Sequence record: PQ015378.1
Strand: one strand, 5' to 3'
DNA: 64,000 nt
Below the pieces are notes generated by a model. It worked only from the letters and a program-made list of their open reading frames with translations, made no database searches and was not told the DNA's origin. A program made the position numbers and the translations under genes. This document shows positions 55,682 through 64,000 of the stretch, one piece after another (position 1 is the first letter of the stretch; every line of letters begins with the position of its first letter).

Positions 55682-56212
55682 ATGAAAGCTATCAAGAACA
55701 TTCGCGTACAGCGTCCCGAGAACACCATCACCTTCATGCCAGCCTGGATGTGTGGCATGCTGCAGGACAACTCCTGCGTGATCTCGATCATCTACGAGGG
55801 TGAACACCGCCCAACCTTCGGCCCCCACATGACCGTGCTGGAACTCACTGATGAAGGCTATGGCCTGACCCCGGAGATGTTCCACAGGGCTCTGCGCTTC
55901 ACCAAAGAAAACATCGGCCGTAACATCAACATCCACTGCCATCAGGGCCGTATCCGTTCCAAGACCCTGGCGCACCAGCTGGCTACGGTTCTGCCCCAGT
56001 ACAAAGTGTTGGAATGGAAACCGGACGGCGTGCTGTTCGAATCCAACCCGGAACCCAAACACCGCTTCCGTTTCCCCAAGGGTTTCATCCGCAAGCACCT
56101 GTTCGGTGACAAGCAACCCTACATCGTTCGTAGCCCTATCATCACTGACAAGGTGATGCGCCCGGACTGTGGCGATGCCATCGTCATGTTCGAAGACTCC
56201 GACAAGATCTAA
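55682..56212 (+). CDS. Protein-tyrosine/dual-specificity phosphatase-like protein
   Basis: IHCHQGRIRS fits the HCx5R(S/T) P-loop. Confidence 0.7.
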   Translation: MKAIKNIRVQRPENTITFMPAWMCGMLQDNSCVISIIYEGEHRPTFGPHMTVLELTDEGYGLTPEMFHRALRFTKENIGRNINIHCHQGRIRSKTLAHQLATVLPQYKVLEWKPDGVLFESNPEPKHRFRFPKGFIRKHLFGDKQPYIVRSPIITDKVMRPDCGDAIVMFEDSDKI

Positions 56213-56221
56213 GGAACCCCC

Positions 56222-56803
56222 ATGAAAGACTATTCCAAAGCTCCCCTGGCTCTCGCCAACCGCATCGTCTCCAACAACCTGGTTCACGTGAAGCATGTCT
56301 TCGGTGAACCGTGTGGCTGGATCATCACGGAGCTGGAGAATGGCGACCGTCGCCATCGTCCGGACTACTCGACGCGGGTCCATGATCTGTACATCCCGAT
56401 CAACGACATCCAAGTTCGTACCCACGCCAACGGTCGCCCGTACCTGTGCTACAACCCGCTTTACCACCTCGGTCGTAAAGACAACAGCACCTGGAACATC
56501 ATCCGCTGTGAAGGTGGTGAGATGGATGTTGTCATCGACATCAACCAGGATCACGAAGAGCCCATCACCATGCACATGACCGGGCGTGACACTCCGATCA
56601 TCATCCCAGGTGGTGCACGTCAATACAAGTTCACCATGCGCGGCTGTGCAGACATCATCAACGCCGGTGAGCAACCTCGCTTGAAGTCCATCGACTGTGC
56701 CGATCTGGTGATGCTGGAAAACATCAAGGTCTCGTACGACGTCAAGGACTACGGCAACCTGGCTACTGCTCAGAAGAACGTCATGCCGCAGTGGAGCTAC
56801 TAA
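56222..56803 (+). CDS. Hypothetical protein
   Basis: AAGGA SD; strong codon bias. Confidence 0.7.
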   Translation: MKDYSKAPLALANRIVSNNLVHVKHVFGEPCGWIITELENGDRRHRPDYSTRVHDLYIPINDIQVRTHANGRPYLCYNPLYHLGRKDNSTWNIIRCEGGEMDVVIDINQDHEEPITMHMTGRDTPIIIPGGARQYKFTMRGCADIINAGEQPRLKSIDCADLVMLENIKVSYDVKDYGNLATAQKNVMPQWSY

Positions 56804-57084
56804 TGTCCAGTGCATACTCTGAACCAGTAAACACGTCGGAGAAGTTGTACATCGGCTACGGCCATGACACCTTCAACTTCGATGACCTGTTCATGCAAAT
56901 CTCTGCTCACTTCGGGCAGGACTCCCGCATCAACGAGTTCACCATCGAACTTGAATACCTGCAGATCGACGGCTGTAGCTGCTGCCGTGACAACACCTAC
57001 CGGAACTATCTGGTGGTAAGTCGCCGTGAGCAGCCATGGCCTGACTGCAACTCATCCACCCTTCGTGTAATGCTGGAGGCTTAA
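56803..57084 (+). CDS. Hypothetical protein with CSCC motif
   Basis: TAATG coupling at MSSAYSEP. Confidence 0.6.
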   Translation: MSSAYSEPVNTSEKLYIGYGHDTFNFDDLFMQISAHFGQDSRINEFTIELEYLQIDGCSCCRDNTYRNYLVVSRREQPWPDCNSSTLRVMLEA

Positions 57085-57479
57085 TGAACATCCGTCGTCC
57101 AAAGCTGAAAGAGTTCCACCATGGCAAACCGATCTTCCAAGTGTGGGTCGGCCCTGACCGCGGGCGTACCAAGCTCGAAGCTCGCATGCAAGAATCGCTG
57201 TGCCTGGGTCGTCCGTACGATGCGAAGATCTTCCGCAACGAAGTCTCGCTGTTCATCGAAGTTCGTCGCCAATCGACCTTCTTCGACAACTCGTACTACG
57301 ACTGCAAGACCAGCCTGGGTGACTCGGCTGTCGTATGGCACGGCGGGCGCAACTTGCACCGCATGTTCACCAAGCGTAAACATGCCGAGCGTTACATGAA
57401 CCGCATCAACTCGGGTTGTCTGTCGGCAGCAGAGCGTAACCACCTGGCCTACTCTCTGAAATTCGGGCTGCACTACTGA
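57084..57479 (+). CDS. Hypothetical protein
   Basis: GGAGG SD; TAATG coupling. Confidence 0.65.
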   Translation: MNIRRPKLKEFHHGKPIFQVWVGPDRGRTKLEARMQESLCLGRPYDAKIFRNEVSLFIEVRRQSTFFDNSYYDCKTSLGDSAVVWHGGRNLHRMFTKRKHAERYMNRINSGCLSAAERNHLAYSLKFGLHY

Positions 57480-57775
57480 TGGAACTCGCCCTAACTTACT
57501 GGGCGGTCGGAACATACATGCTTCTCTCCGAAGACGAAGAGAAGCCTGTTAAACAGGTGGTACGTGAAACGGTGATACGCGAAGGACATAACTGGGGCTA
57601 CAGCCTCATCTTCTTCGCGTTGTTCCTCACTGTGGTAACGATGACCATCTTCTTCCGAACGACACCTGATGGTTCTCATCCATGGACAATCTGCTGGCGA
57701 ATGTGTCTAGCGTTGTCCCCCATCTTCCTGATCCCTGTGGGTTATCATTACCACGTCCTCTACTTAACGCAATAA
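57479..57775 (+). CDS. Two-TM membrane protein
   Basis: TGATG coupling; two hydrophobic segments. Confidence 0.6.
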   Translation: MELALTYWAVGTYMLLSEDEEKPVKQVVRETVIREGHNWGYSLIFFALFLTVVTMTIFFRTTPDGSHPWTICWRMCLALSPIFLIPVGYHYHVLYLTQ

Positions 57776-57785
57776 GGAAATCACC

Positions 57786-58508
57786 ATGACCAAAACTACC
57801 GAAATGATGCAAGCCCTCGAAACCAAGTTGGCCAACTGGGCGCACCTGGCTACCGTTACTGGTACCTGGATCAGTGGCCAACTCCCTGACCACGCCAAAC
57901 TCACCAACGAGTTCGGTATGTCGCCAATCTTCCAGCTGTTCCAGAACGACGACAAGCTTCCCAACATGATGCTGGATCTGAACAAGAAAGAAGCTGACGG
58001 CGATACCGACTACGCGATGCGCATGGTCATCAAGCACATCACCACTCGTGCCATGACCATCATCGGCGAGTGGGAGCAGAACCCACATCAGTCGACTTCC
58101 CCACAGGTCGCTGCACTGGGTCAGATGCTCACTGGCGTCTACGAGTCGCTGGATGGATTCAAAGAGTTCTACTCCCACATCCTGAACAACCCTGACCGCC
58201 GCAATGTGCCTGACCAGCTCCGTGAAGCCCTGGGTGATGTCAGCATGTCGGCCTTCGCCAACCGCATGGCCGAGCGCACTCGTCTGCTCAACCTGGACTT
58301 CGAACGTTTCCAAGATTCGCTGTATGCCTTGGAGCTGGAAGAATCCACCGGTGAGAAAGGTAAGTGGCGCGAAATCGCTGACCAGGCCAAGCGTGATAAC
58401 TACCGCGTGTCGATCGCAGCCGTGACTGAACTGCGTCGAGTTCACGGCGTGGGTCTCCGTGAAGCCAAGAACGTTGTCGAGGCTTACATGGATGGTATGT
58501 TCCAATGA
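57786..58508 (+). CDS. Protein with C-terminal ribosomal bL12 (L7/L12) CTD-like motif
   Basis: SIAAVTELRRVHGVGLREAKNVVE matches the bL12 K.i.vIK.vR..tglGLkEAKdlVE pattern. Confidence 0.65.
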   Translation: MTKTTEMMQALETKLANWAHLATVTGTWISGQLPDHAKLTNEFGMSPIFQLFQNDDKLPNMMLDLNKKEADGDTDYAMRMVIKHITTRAMTIIGEWEQNPHQSTSPQVAALGQMLTGVYESLDGFKEFYSHILNNPDRRNVPDQLREALGDVSMSAFANRMAERTRLLNLDFERFQDSLYALELEESTGEKGKWREIADQAKRDNYRVSIAAVTELRRVHGVGLREAKNVVEAYMDGMFQ

Positions 58509-58747
58509 GTCTCTCTTCGGTGGATATTCAAAAGAACGCCGCCACGTTGCGTGATTACCATTCTCCGAAGTTGATCCCGGTAATGGGATGGAGTGTGGTG
58601 ATACATCATGACACGGTTCGGTTGTATGACCCACTTGGTACGTTTGCTGCCGAGGTCGCGGAGAGCAAAGCCGCTGAGTACTTCAAGTGTCAACCGGAGC
58701 ATCTCGATATGTTCCTGACTGAAGCTGTGAAAATCACCACGGCGTAA
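58505..58747 (+). CDS. Hypothetical protein
   Basis: ATGA coupling; ends at a terminator. Confidence 0.55.
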   Translation: MSLSSVDIQKNAATLRDYHSPKLIPVMGWSVVIHHDTVRLYDPLGTFAAEVAESKAAEYFKCQPEHLDMFLTEAVKITTA

Positions 58748-58750
58748 CGG

Positions 58751-58795
58751 CATAAAGCCTCCACCTTCGGGTGGAGGCAGTATGTTATTTTTTTT
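58751..58795. terminator. Bidirectional terminator at a convergent junction
   Basis: CATAAA-GCCTCCACC-TTCG-GGTGGAGGC plus T tract; near-identical to the 3249 copy. Confidence 0.8.
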
Positions 58796-58796
58796 G

Positions 58797-59183
58797 TTAG
58801 TTCCGTTCGAGGTAAGCCAGGTAACCTTCACACGTCTCTTGGTCAAAGAGCATGTAGTCCCAACTGCCACAGTCGAACATCAGATGCGACCCAGCAGTTT
58901 CAGGCCAAGACTTGACCTTTACTTCTACCAGGATACGCTTCTTGTAGAAGAGGTTACGGAAGAGGATATTAGAGCGAGTAGTCAACTCCGTATCCGATGT
59001 ATCGGCATCGATCAGTTCGTTGCCCAGAATCGATTGTACGATCTCACAGACACCTTTCAATACCGGTAACTCATTCTGACGGGCTACCTGGATACAGAAA
59101 CGAAGACCTACCCCAACCGAGGCATGGTATTCGATCTTCTCACGAGCTGCTCGGATGAGTAGTTCTAAATCGAGTTGTTTCAT
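58797..59183 (-). CDS. Hypothetical protein (gp117 position)
   Basis: GGAG SD before MKQLDLELL. Confidence 0.6.
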   Translation of the reverse strand: MKQLDLELLIRAAREKIEYHASVGVGLRFCIQVARQNELPVLKGVCEIVQSILGNELIDADTSDTELTTRSNILFRNLFYKKRILVEVKVKSWPETAGSHLMFDCGSWDYMLFDQETCEGYLAYLERN

Positions 59184-59255
59184 TTTGACTCCATGAGTAG
59201 CGGAATAAGTTCTCCCCGAAGGGAGAACCATTCCTGCAACCACCACCAAGGTTCG

Positions 59256-60788
59256 TTAGATAGACCAGGCCTCATCACCCGCTTCACCGGACATGCCCGG
59301 TAGATTGCGTAGACTGAAGTCTGCCTCTTTGTCGATGTCCCACGGGAGTGTTCCCACAGGTGCAAATGGAAGTACACAGTATTGGTCAGCTTCAGCTGTT
59401 ACAGTGTTCCGGTGCTTACCACGTTGAATCGTGAAGTACGACTTGCCTGCAATCTTCACAATGTGGAAGATCAGTTCCAGGTCAGGTTCCTGACCCAGTC
59501 GACGGCAACCATCATAGTAACCACGGTTCGCTACTACCTTCACGAAGTCTTCCGTATTCTCACGCATGAGCTGCAGAGCATCAGAAGAAAGCTGGTGTGG
59601 AGAGAAGAACGTGATACCACGCGGAGTGGTGTAGTTACGCATACGACGGAACAGTAGTCGAATATCGTCACCTGCAACCTTAGCATCCAGCCCGGTCTTT
59701 GGAAGCATGTTCAGATAGTCAACACACAGATACTGAATCTCGTAACCCTGAGCCTGAATACCATCCAGCCAGTTAGTGAAACCAGCAATGGTGAAGTCGG
59801 TCGGGTCAAAACGAGTAATCAGAACTTTGAAGCCAGTCTCTTGCAGACGTGCTGCAATATACTGCGTTGCTGCAACTGGATCGATCTGTGTTTCATCAAC
59901 AGCTTCGCCAGTCTCGTTCTCCATCAGATACTTGTAAAGGATCAGCAAGTTATCTGACAGTTCGTTTTCCAGCGTAACGAACAGAGCCATCGGCTTCTTA
60001 TTCTTGTCACGCATGAACGGTTTGTTGAACAGACAGATGTGAGAGAACAGTGTCAGTGCCAAACCAGTTTTGAAGTTGTGCTGCAGACCACCACCGAGGA
60101 TAAACTCACCCCGACGAATAGCACCCAGCTTACCCAACATCCGGTTGAAACCTTTCCAACCAGTTTTGAATGCCCCTTCGACGGACATAGTTTCTTTTAC
60201 AGCTTCGAAGTACTTCTGAACGAGTTCAGGGTCATCGAAGTCTACAGTGCCGATTTCGGCTGGGTGACGTGCATCTTGTCGTGCCTGTACATAAGGATCG
60301 AGCTTAGCGTTCATCTCCCGGATCAAGTTGATGCTATTAGTAGAACCAACTGCTTGGAACAGAAGCTTGTGGGAGTACTCCTTCATGATCGACTGGATCT
60401 TCGTATCGTTGAGGTGAGCGCGCATGCCGTTGCGCTTCTCATTAATACGTTGCATCAAAGCCAACCCGTTAGGGAATACTTCGTTAACCGCGGTCGCTAC
60501 CGCTTCGTAGAGGTAAGACTCTTCACGAGCTGTCACCTGAACGTTCTGAAGAACTTCCATGGTGCTTGGGAATTCGTTCGGAGTTTTGCAGTTGAGCTCA
60601 ACTACCATCCGACGGAGCTCTAGAAGGATTTGACGTCCGTGGTCTGTGTCGATCGATGTCTCTTTAACACTGATCGTGTCGAGTACGTCAGAAATCAGTT
60701 CGGTCGATGCCGATGCAGGGGAGTCCTCGCGATGCTCCAGGCAGAGCAAAGTGATGCAACTAACCAATAGTTGTTTATGCGATGACAT
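59256..60788 (-). CDS. dnaB: DnaB-like replicative helicase (phiKZ gp118-like)
   Basis: Walker A variant GLQHNFKTG, LCVDYLNM, SPHQL and QRGKHR motifs; directly upstream of the gp119/MCP pair. Confidence 0.88.
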   Translation of the reverse strand: MSSHKQLLVSCITLLCLEHREDSPASASTELISDVLDTISVKETSIDTDHGRQILLELRRMVVELNCKTPNEFPSTMEVLQNVQVTAREESYLYEAVATAVNEVFPNGLALMQRINEKRNGMRAHLNDTKIQSIMKEYSHKLLFQAVGSTNSINLIREMNAKLDPYVQARQDARHPAEIGTVDFDDPELVQKYFEAVKETMSVEGAFKTGWKGFNRMLGKLGAIRRGEFILGGGLQHNFKTGLALTLFSHICLFNKPFMRDKNKKPMALFVTLENELSDNLLILYKYLMENETGEAVDETQIDPVAATQYIAARLQETGFKVLITRFDPTDFTIAGFTNWLDGIQAQGYEIQYLCVDYLNMLPKTGLDAKVAGDDIRLLFRRMRNYTTPRGITFFSPHQLSSDALQLMRENTEDFVKVVANRGYYDGCRRLGQEPDLELIFHIVKIAGKSYFTIQRGKHRNTVTAEADQYCVLPFAPVGTLPWDIDKEADFSLRNLPGMSGEAGDEAWSI

Positions 60789-60871
60789 TTTAGCGATATT
60801 CCTGAAAAGTGAATGTTTTAGAATACTTGAGAGCCGTGTATTATTAACTCGTCAAGTAGTTTATCACTTAT

Positions 60872-60890
60872 TCCTATGTATAAGGCTATG
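60872..60890 (+). promoter_or_regulatory. Candidate late promoter (TATG motifs) for gp119-like and MCP genes
   Basis: Two TATG motifs in the AT-rich divergent spacer; phiKZ late promoters have a TATG core and a known one lies before gp119. Confidence 0.45.
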
Positions 60891-60909
60891 AAACGTCAAC
60901 AATCACGGA

Positions 60910-61455
60910 GTGCCCTCCATGGTCAATCTGTTAGTAATCCCCGCCGATATCCTGGAACATTTCCGTAACGACGGTGTACAGCTTACCAAATTGCTGGATA
61001 TCAACTATATGGCACAGACTGTTTCAGTCAGTGACCTGGCAGCTATCCATACTGCAATCAACAAATTCCCGTTCCGCTTCTGTGAAAACACGAAGGTGGA
61101 AATCGCTGCCACTCCCCTGGCTCAGCTCCAAATTGCGGCCAATGGTGTAGAAGGCAGCTGTCCAATCATGCAAGATTTGTACAATCGTGTAGATGGACGT
61201 GTGACCAACACACAACTGAAAGAATCCCTGTCCCCGAGCCTGCAGTGCTACGAGTACAGTCTTTATCCTGTAGATGAGAATCTTTGGGTTGCCGTGCAAG
61301 AGAGCTTGCACACTGGTAATGGTGATCCTGCCCGAATCTCCATCAAAGCCAATCAACGTCTGTTCGATAGTATGATTGGCGAATTGATGCGTACGCGCAC
61401 TTTCGAGAGCGTCGCTTCGACGAAACTGTTCACTTATTATTTAGAGGCATTGTAG
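60910..61455 (+). CDS. Head protein (phiKZ gp119-like)
   Basis: Position between DnaB and MCP; start GTG 60910 or ATG 60919. Confidence 0.7.
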   Translation: MPSMVNLLVIPADILEHFRNDGVQLTKLLDINYMAQTVSVSDLAAIHTAINKFPFRFCENTKVEIAATPLAQLQIAANGVEGSCPIMQDLYNRVDGRVTNTQLKESLSPSLQCYEYSLYPVDENLWVAVQESLHTGNGDPARISIKANQRLFDSMIGELMRTRTFESVASTKLFTYYLEAL

Positions 61456-61521
61456 GCAAAGACCTAAAGCCCTGAATTTTGCAACACCACCAAAATCATC
61501 TCCTTCGAAGGAATAGATCTC

Positions 61522-63747
61522 ATGAATCTCGATTCACTGTTCAAACACAACGCACAGAAGCAGTACACCCGCTTCTCCATGGAAGACTTCCTGAAAGACC
61601 TGACCCAGGAACAAAACTACGCCGACAGCCTGCTGGCTAAAGGTAAAGGCCTGGTCGAACACATCTCGCAAGAAGACTTCGGCGACATCACCGAAAGCGG
61701 CCGTGCTCAAGCTGGTCAGCTGTACGGTGACCTGGGTGCGCTGATGACCAAGTTCGGTTTCGAACACTTCAAGCAAGACTCGGGCAAAGCCTACATCACC
61801 GAAAACCAACAGCGCGCTGCTGCCATCGCCGCGATTGCCTGCTCTGACCCAGAAGGCTACAAGAAAGCCCTGCGTCTGGTTGCCAAGGAAGTCGCTTCGA
61901 ACGAAGAACACGTTCACAACGTTCGTCACGAGTTCGCTGGTCCTGCTGGTTCCCTGCAAGTATTCCAAGACCACCTGGGTCTGGAAAACTACAACGAAAA
62001 ATCTCAGCGCGACTTCCGCGTTGTTACCGTCGGCTACAACCTGGAAGCTTCCCGCCAGGACGAGTTCGCCGAGCGTCTGTACCCAACTACTGTCATCAAC
62101 CCAGTTGAAGGTGGTGTTGTTCAGGTACTGCCATACATCGCCGTCATGAAAGACGTCTACCACGCTGTCAGCGGTCAGAAACTGGCCAACGAAGAAGTGA
62201 ACATGGTAGAAGCCTACCGTGACCCGTCGATCCTGGACGACAACTGCACCGACCTGATCCCTGCAGTCGATCCAGATGGCACCAACCTGAAGTTCTTCGT
62301 CGACCCGGCTGTCGTGCCTCACCACCAGGTGACCAACGAGCAAAACATGACCGTCACCACCGGTCCTCTGAAGCCAGGTGTCAAGATCGACCTGATGGGC
62401 AACTCGAACGCCAACCTGCTGATCAACAAAGGCATGCTGGACATCTCTGACACCATCGACCCAAGCGGCCGCCTGAAAGCGCTGTACGTCAAGTTCGATG
62501 GCAAGATCGTTCGCTTCGTCGTCGACCGTCTGCCTACCGCTGTGTTCCAGCCTGGTCTGATCGGCGACACCCGTATCGCCAAGCTCGACTTCATCTCCGA
62601 AGACCTGGTCGTCGGCGCTGACACCAAAGCCATCGACGGCTCGGTATCGGCTCAGATGCAAGAACTGACCAACCGCAAGTGGACTGCTCGTCTGAGCGTC
62701 AGCTTCAACGGTCACGTCAGCACCTCGCGTGGTGATGCTCGCTACGGCGTCAACGGTATCGAAATCGACCGTATCGTCGATGAAGATCGCAAGCTGATCT
62801 CGATCGAAGAAGGTGACGGTAAAGACATCGTCGACGCAGTCGGTGCTCTGGAAGTCGTTGGTTACGACCTCGACCTGAAGTTCACCAACACCAACCGTCG
62901 TCAGCGCGGCCACCTGCTGCAAACTCGTGCGATCCAGTTCCGTCACCCGATCCCGATGCACGCTCCGGTCACCCTGCCAATGTCCACCATGGACGGCGAA
63001 ACTGGCCCAGGCGACGTCGTGAAGGCCCTGACCGTCAACACCAACATCCGCAACTCGAACAACGCTGTCAAGCGTCTGCTGAACTACCTGGCTCAGCTGA
63101 AAGAAGTTGTTGGTAACGGTTACGACCGTCCGAAGTTCGGCGCTGTCGAAGGTGCTCTGAGCATCATGATGCGTCCGACCTACCGTGAAGGTACCCTGCA
63201 CCTGCCTGACCACATCGACACCCTGAAGTCTCAGGATCGCTGGCAGGACGTCTGCAGCACCATCCTCAACTTCGCCAAAGGTATCCTGTTCCCAGCATAC
63301 CGTGAGTCGAACATCGAGGCAGCCTTCCGTGTGATCTCGGGCAACCAAGACGAGAAGCCAATGTTCATCTTCGCTACCGACAAAGAAATCGGTAACTACC
63401 TGATGACTCAAGGCGACGACCGCACCCTGGGCGCAATCCTGGAGTACGACCTGGTCACTACCAACAACGAACTGTTCGACGGCAAGCTGGTCATCGTACC
63501 AACTCGCAAGAACCCAACCGAAAACGACATCCTGTCCTTCGGTCAGTTCTTCTACGTGTCGACTGTCATCGCCGACCTGCCGATCACCCGTGGTGGTCAG
63601 CAAGTGACCCGTGAAATCGCGGCCGTTCCGTTCAACCTGCACGTGAACAACATTCCGTTCGCTATCAACCTGACCATCACTGGTCTGGAAGAAGTGATGG
63701 GTCAATCGCAGTGGAACAAGAAACTGTTCGAAGCGATCAAGGCCTGA
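61522..63747 (+). CDS. Major capsid protein precursor (phiKZ gp120-like)
   Basis: 741 aa; extreme codon bias; propeptide with SME, SQE and GLE sites; synteny after DnaB and gp119. Confidence 0.9.
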   Translation: MNLDSLFKHNAQKQYTRFSMEDFLKDLTQEQNYADSLLAKGKGLVEHISQEDFGDITESGRAQAGQLYGDLGALMTKFGFEHFKQDSGKAYITENQQRAAAIAAIACSDPEGYKKALRLVAKEVASNEEHVHNVRHEFAGPAGSLQVFQDHLGLENYNEKSQRDFRVVTVGYNLEASRQDEFAERLYPTTVINPVEGGVVQVLPYIAVMKDVYHAVSGQKLANEEVNMVEAYRDPSILDDNCTDLIPAVDPDGTNLKFFVDPAVVPHHQVTNEQNMTVTTGPLKPGVKIDLMGNSNANLLINKGMLDISDTIDPSGRLKALYVKFDGKIVRFVVDRLPTAVFQPGLIGDTRIAKLDFISEDLVVGADTKAIDGSVSAQMQELTNRKWTARLSVSFNGHVSTSRGDARYGVNGIEIDRIVDEDRKLISIEEGDGKDIVDAVGALEVVGYDLDLKFTNTNRRQRGHLLQTRAIQFRHPIPMHAPVTLPMSTMDGETGPGDVVKALTVNTNIRNSNNAVKRLLNYLAQLKEVVGNGYDRPKFGAVEGALSIMMRPTYREGTLHLPDHIDTLKSQDRWQDVCSTILNFAKGILFPAYRESNIEAAFRVISGNQDEKPMFIFATDKEIGNYLMTQGDDRTLGAILEYDLVTTNNELFDGKLVIVPTRKNPTENDILSFGQFFYVSTVIADLPITRGGQQVTREIAAVPFNLHVNNIPFAINLTITGLEEVMGQSQWNKKLFEAIKA

Positions 63748-63834
63748 AAGGGTCCGGGCAACGGCCGTCGTCAAGAAGACGGAACCTACCGGAAACTTGA
63801 GGACGGTACCACCCAGCGGTACCTAGAAGGTTAA
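63748..63834 (+). other. In-frame extension after the MCP UGA (candidate readthrough segment)
   Basis: KGPGNGRRQEDGTYRKLEDGTTQRYLEG-TAA, followed immediately by the terminator. Confidence 0.5.
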
Positions 63835-63866
63835 CATGACGCGGGAGCTTCGGCTCCCGCTTTATG
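63835..63866 (+). terminator. Terminator GCGGGAGC-TTCG-GCTCCCGC-TTTATG
   Basis: Perfect 8-bp stem with UUCG loop. Confidence 0.8.
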
Positions 63867-63895
63867 TCGTCTTGGACTCCATGAAATCTCAGATC

Positions 63896-63903
63896 TATAT
63901 TAC
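63896..63903 (+). promoter_or_regulatory. Early promoter core TATATTAC
   Basis: Exact core motif after the terminator, about 40 nt before ATG 63943. Confidence 0.55.
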
Positions 63904-63942
63904 AGTAAGGATAGATACACCCCTTTTAGATTTGAGGTCCAC

Positions 63943-64000
63943 ATGTGCTACTTCACCGATTTTAAATCGAAGCTCCATGACAAACATAAAGGAGACTTCT
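63943..64000 (+). CDS. Start of a hypothetical gene, truncated by the window end
   Basis: GAGGT SD, then MCYFTDFKSK; open to the window end. Confidence 0.4.
   Translation, partial: MCYFTDFKSKLHDKHKGDF

Noticed and set aside
59256-60788. Intein or intron in DnaB, polymerase or RNAP subunit
   Set aside because: Lengths are normal, with no C..HN splice signature or LAGLIDADG/HNH motifs seen.
61534-63774. 746-aa ORF antisense to the MCP (similarly 31558-33237, 29017-30765, 55208-56815, 35267-36547, 12339-13544, 14106-15209)
   Set aside because: These are shadow frames of strongly codon-biased genes that avoid TTA/CTA/TCA codons; they have no SD, no recognisable motifs and an atypical composition.
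1-64000. tRNA, rRNA, integrase, transposase or reverse transcriptase genes
   Set aside because: No T-loop GTTCRA cloverleaf, catalytic YxDD, DDE or tyrosine-recombinase motifs were found by eye; intergenic spaces are mostly too short.

Overview
This window is a 64-kb segment of a phiKZ-like nucleus-forming jumbo phage (Chimalliviridae-type, probably with a Pseudomonas-like host). Gene order follows phiKZ gp75 to gp120, assigned from motifs and synteny as remembered, not from a database search. From left to right it holds an SF2 helicase C-terminus, a small membrane-protein island, a tail/baseplate assembly-chaperone-like pair, a virion RNA polymerase beta' subunit, the exonuclease/motif-A half of a split family-B DNA polymerase, a virion operon with a 12.5-kb array of protease-processed head/inner-body paralogues, a 17-kb early accessory island, a DnaB helicase and the major capsid protein (MCP). 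The island carries TATATTAC promoters, many short membrane-active peptides, and macrodomain, HD-hydrolase, PTP-like and bL12-like proteins. The best leads are: (1) probable UGA readthrough giving a 29-residue C-terminal extension of the MCP; (2) a structured recoding or non-AUG start element in front of the gp51/T-like chaperone gene; (3) a recurrent CATAAA-hairpin-TTTATG element that may fuse terminators with late TATG promoters; (4) an early-expressed array of tiny amphipathic peptides; (5) a post-stop remnant of a third repeat module in a tail-tip-family gene. No CRISPR array, tRNA, rRNA, intein or mobile element could be supported.
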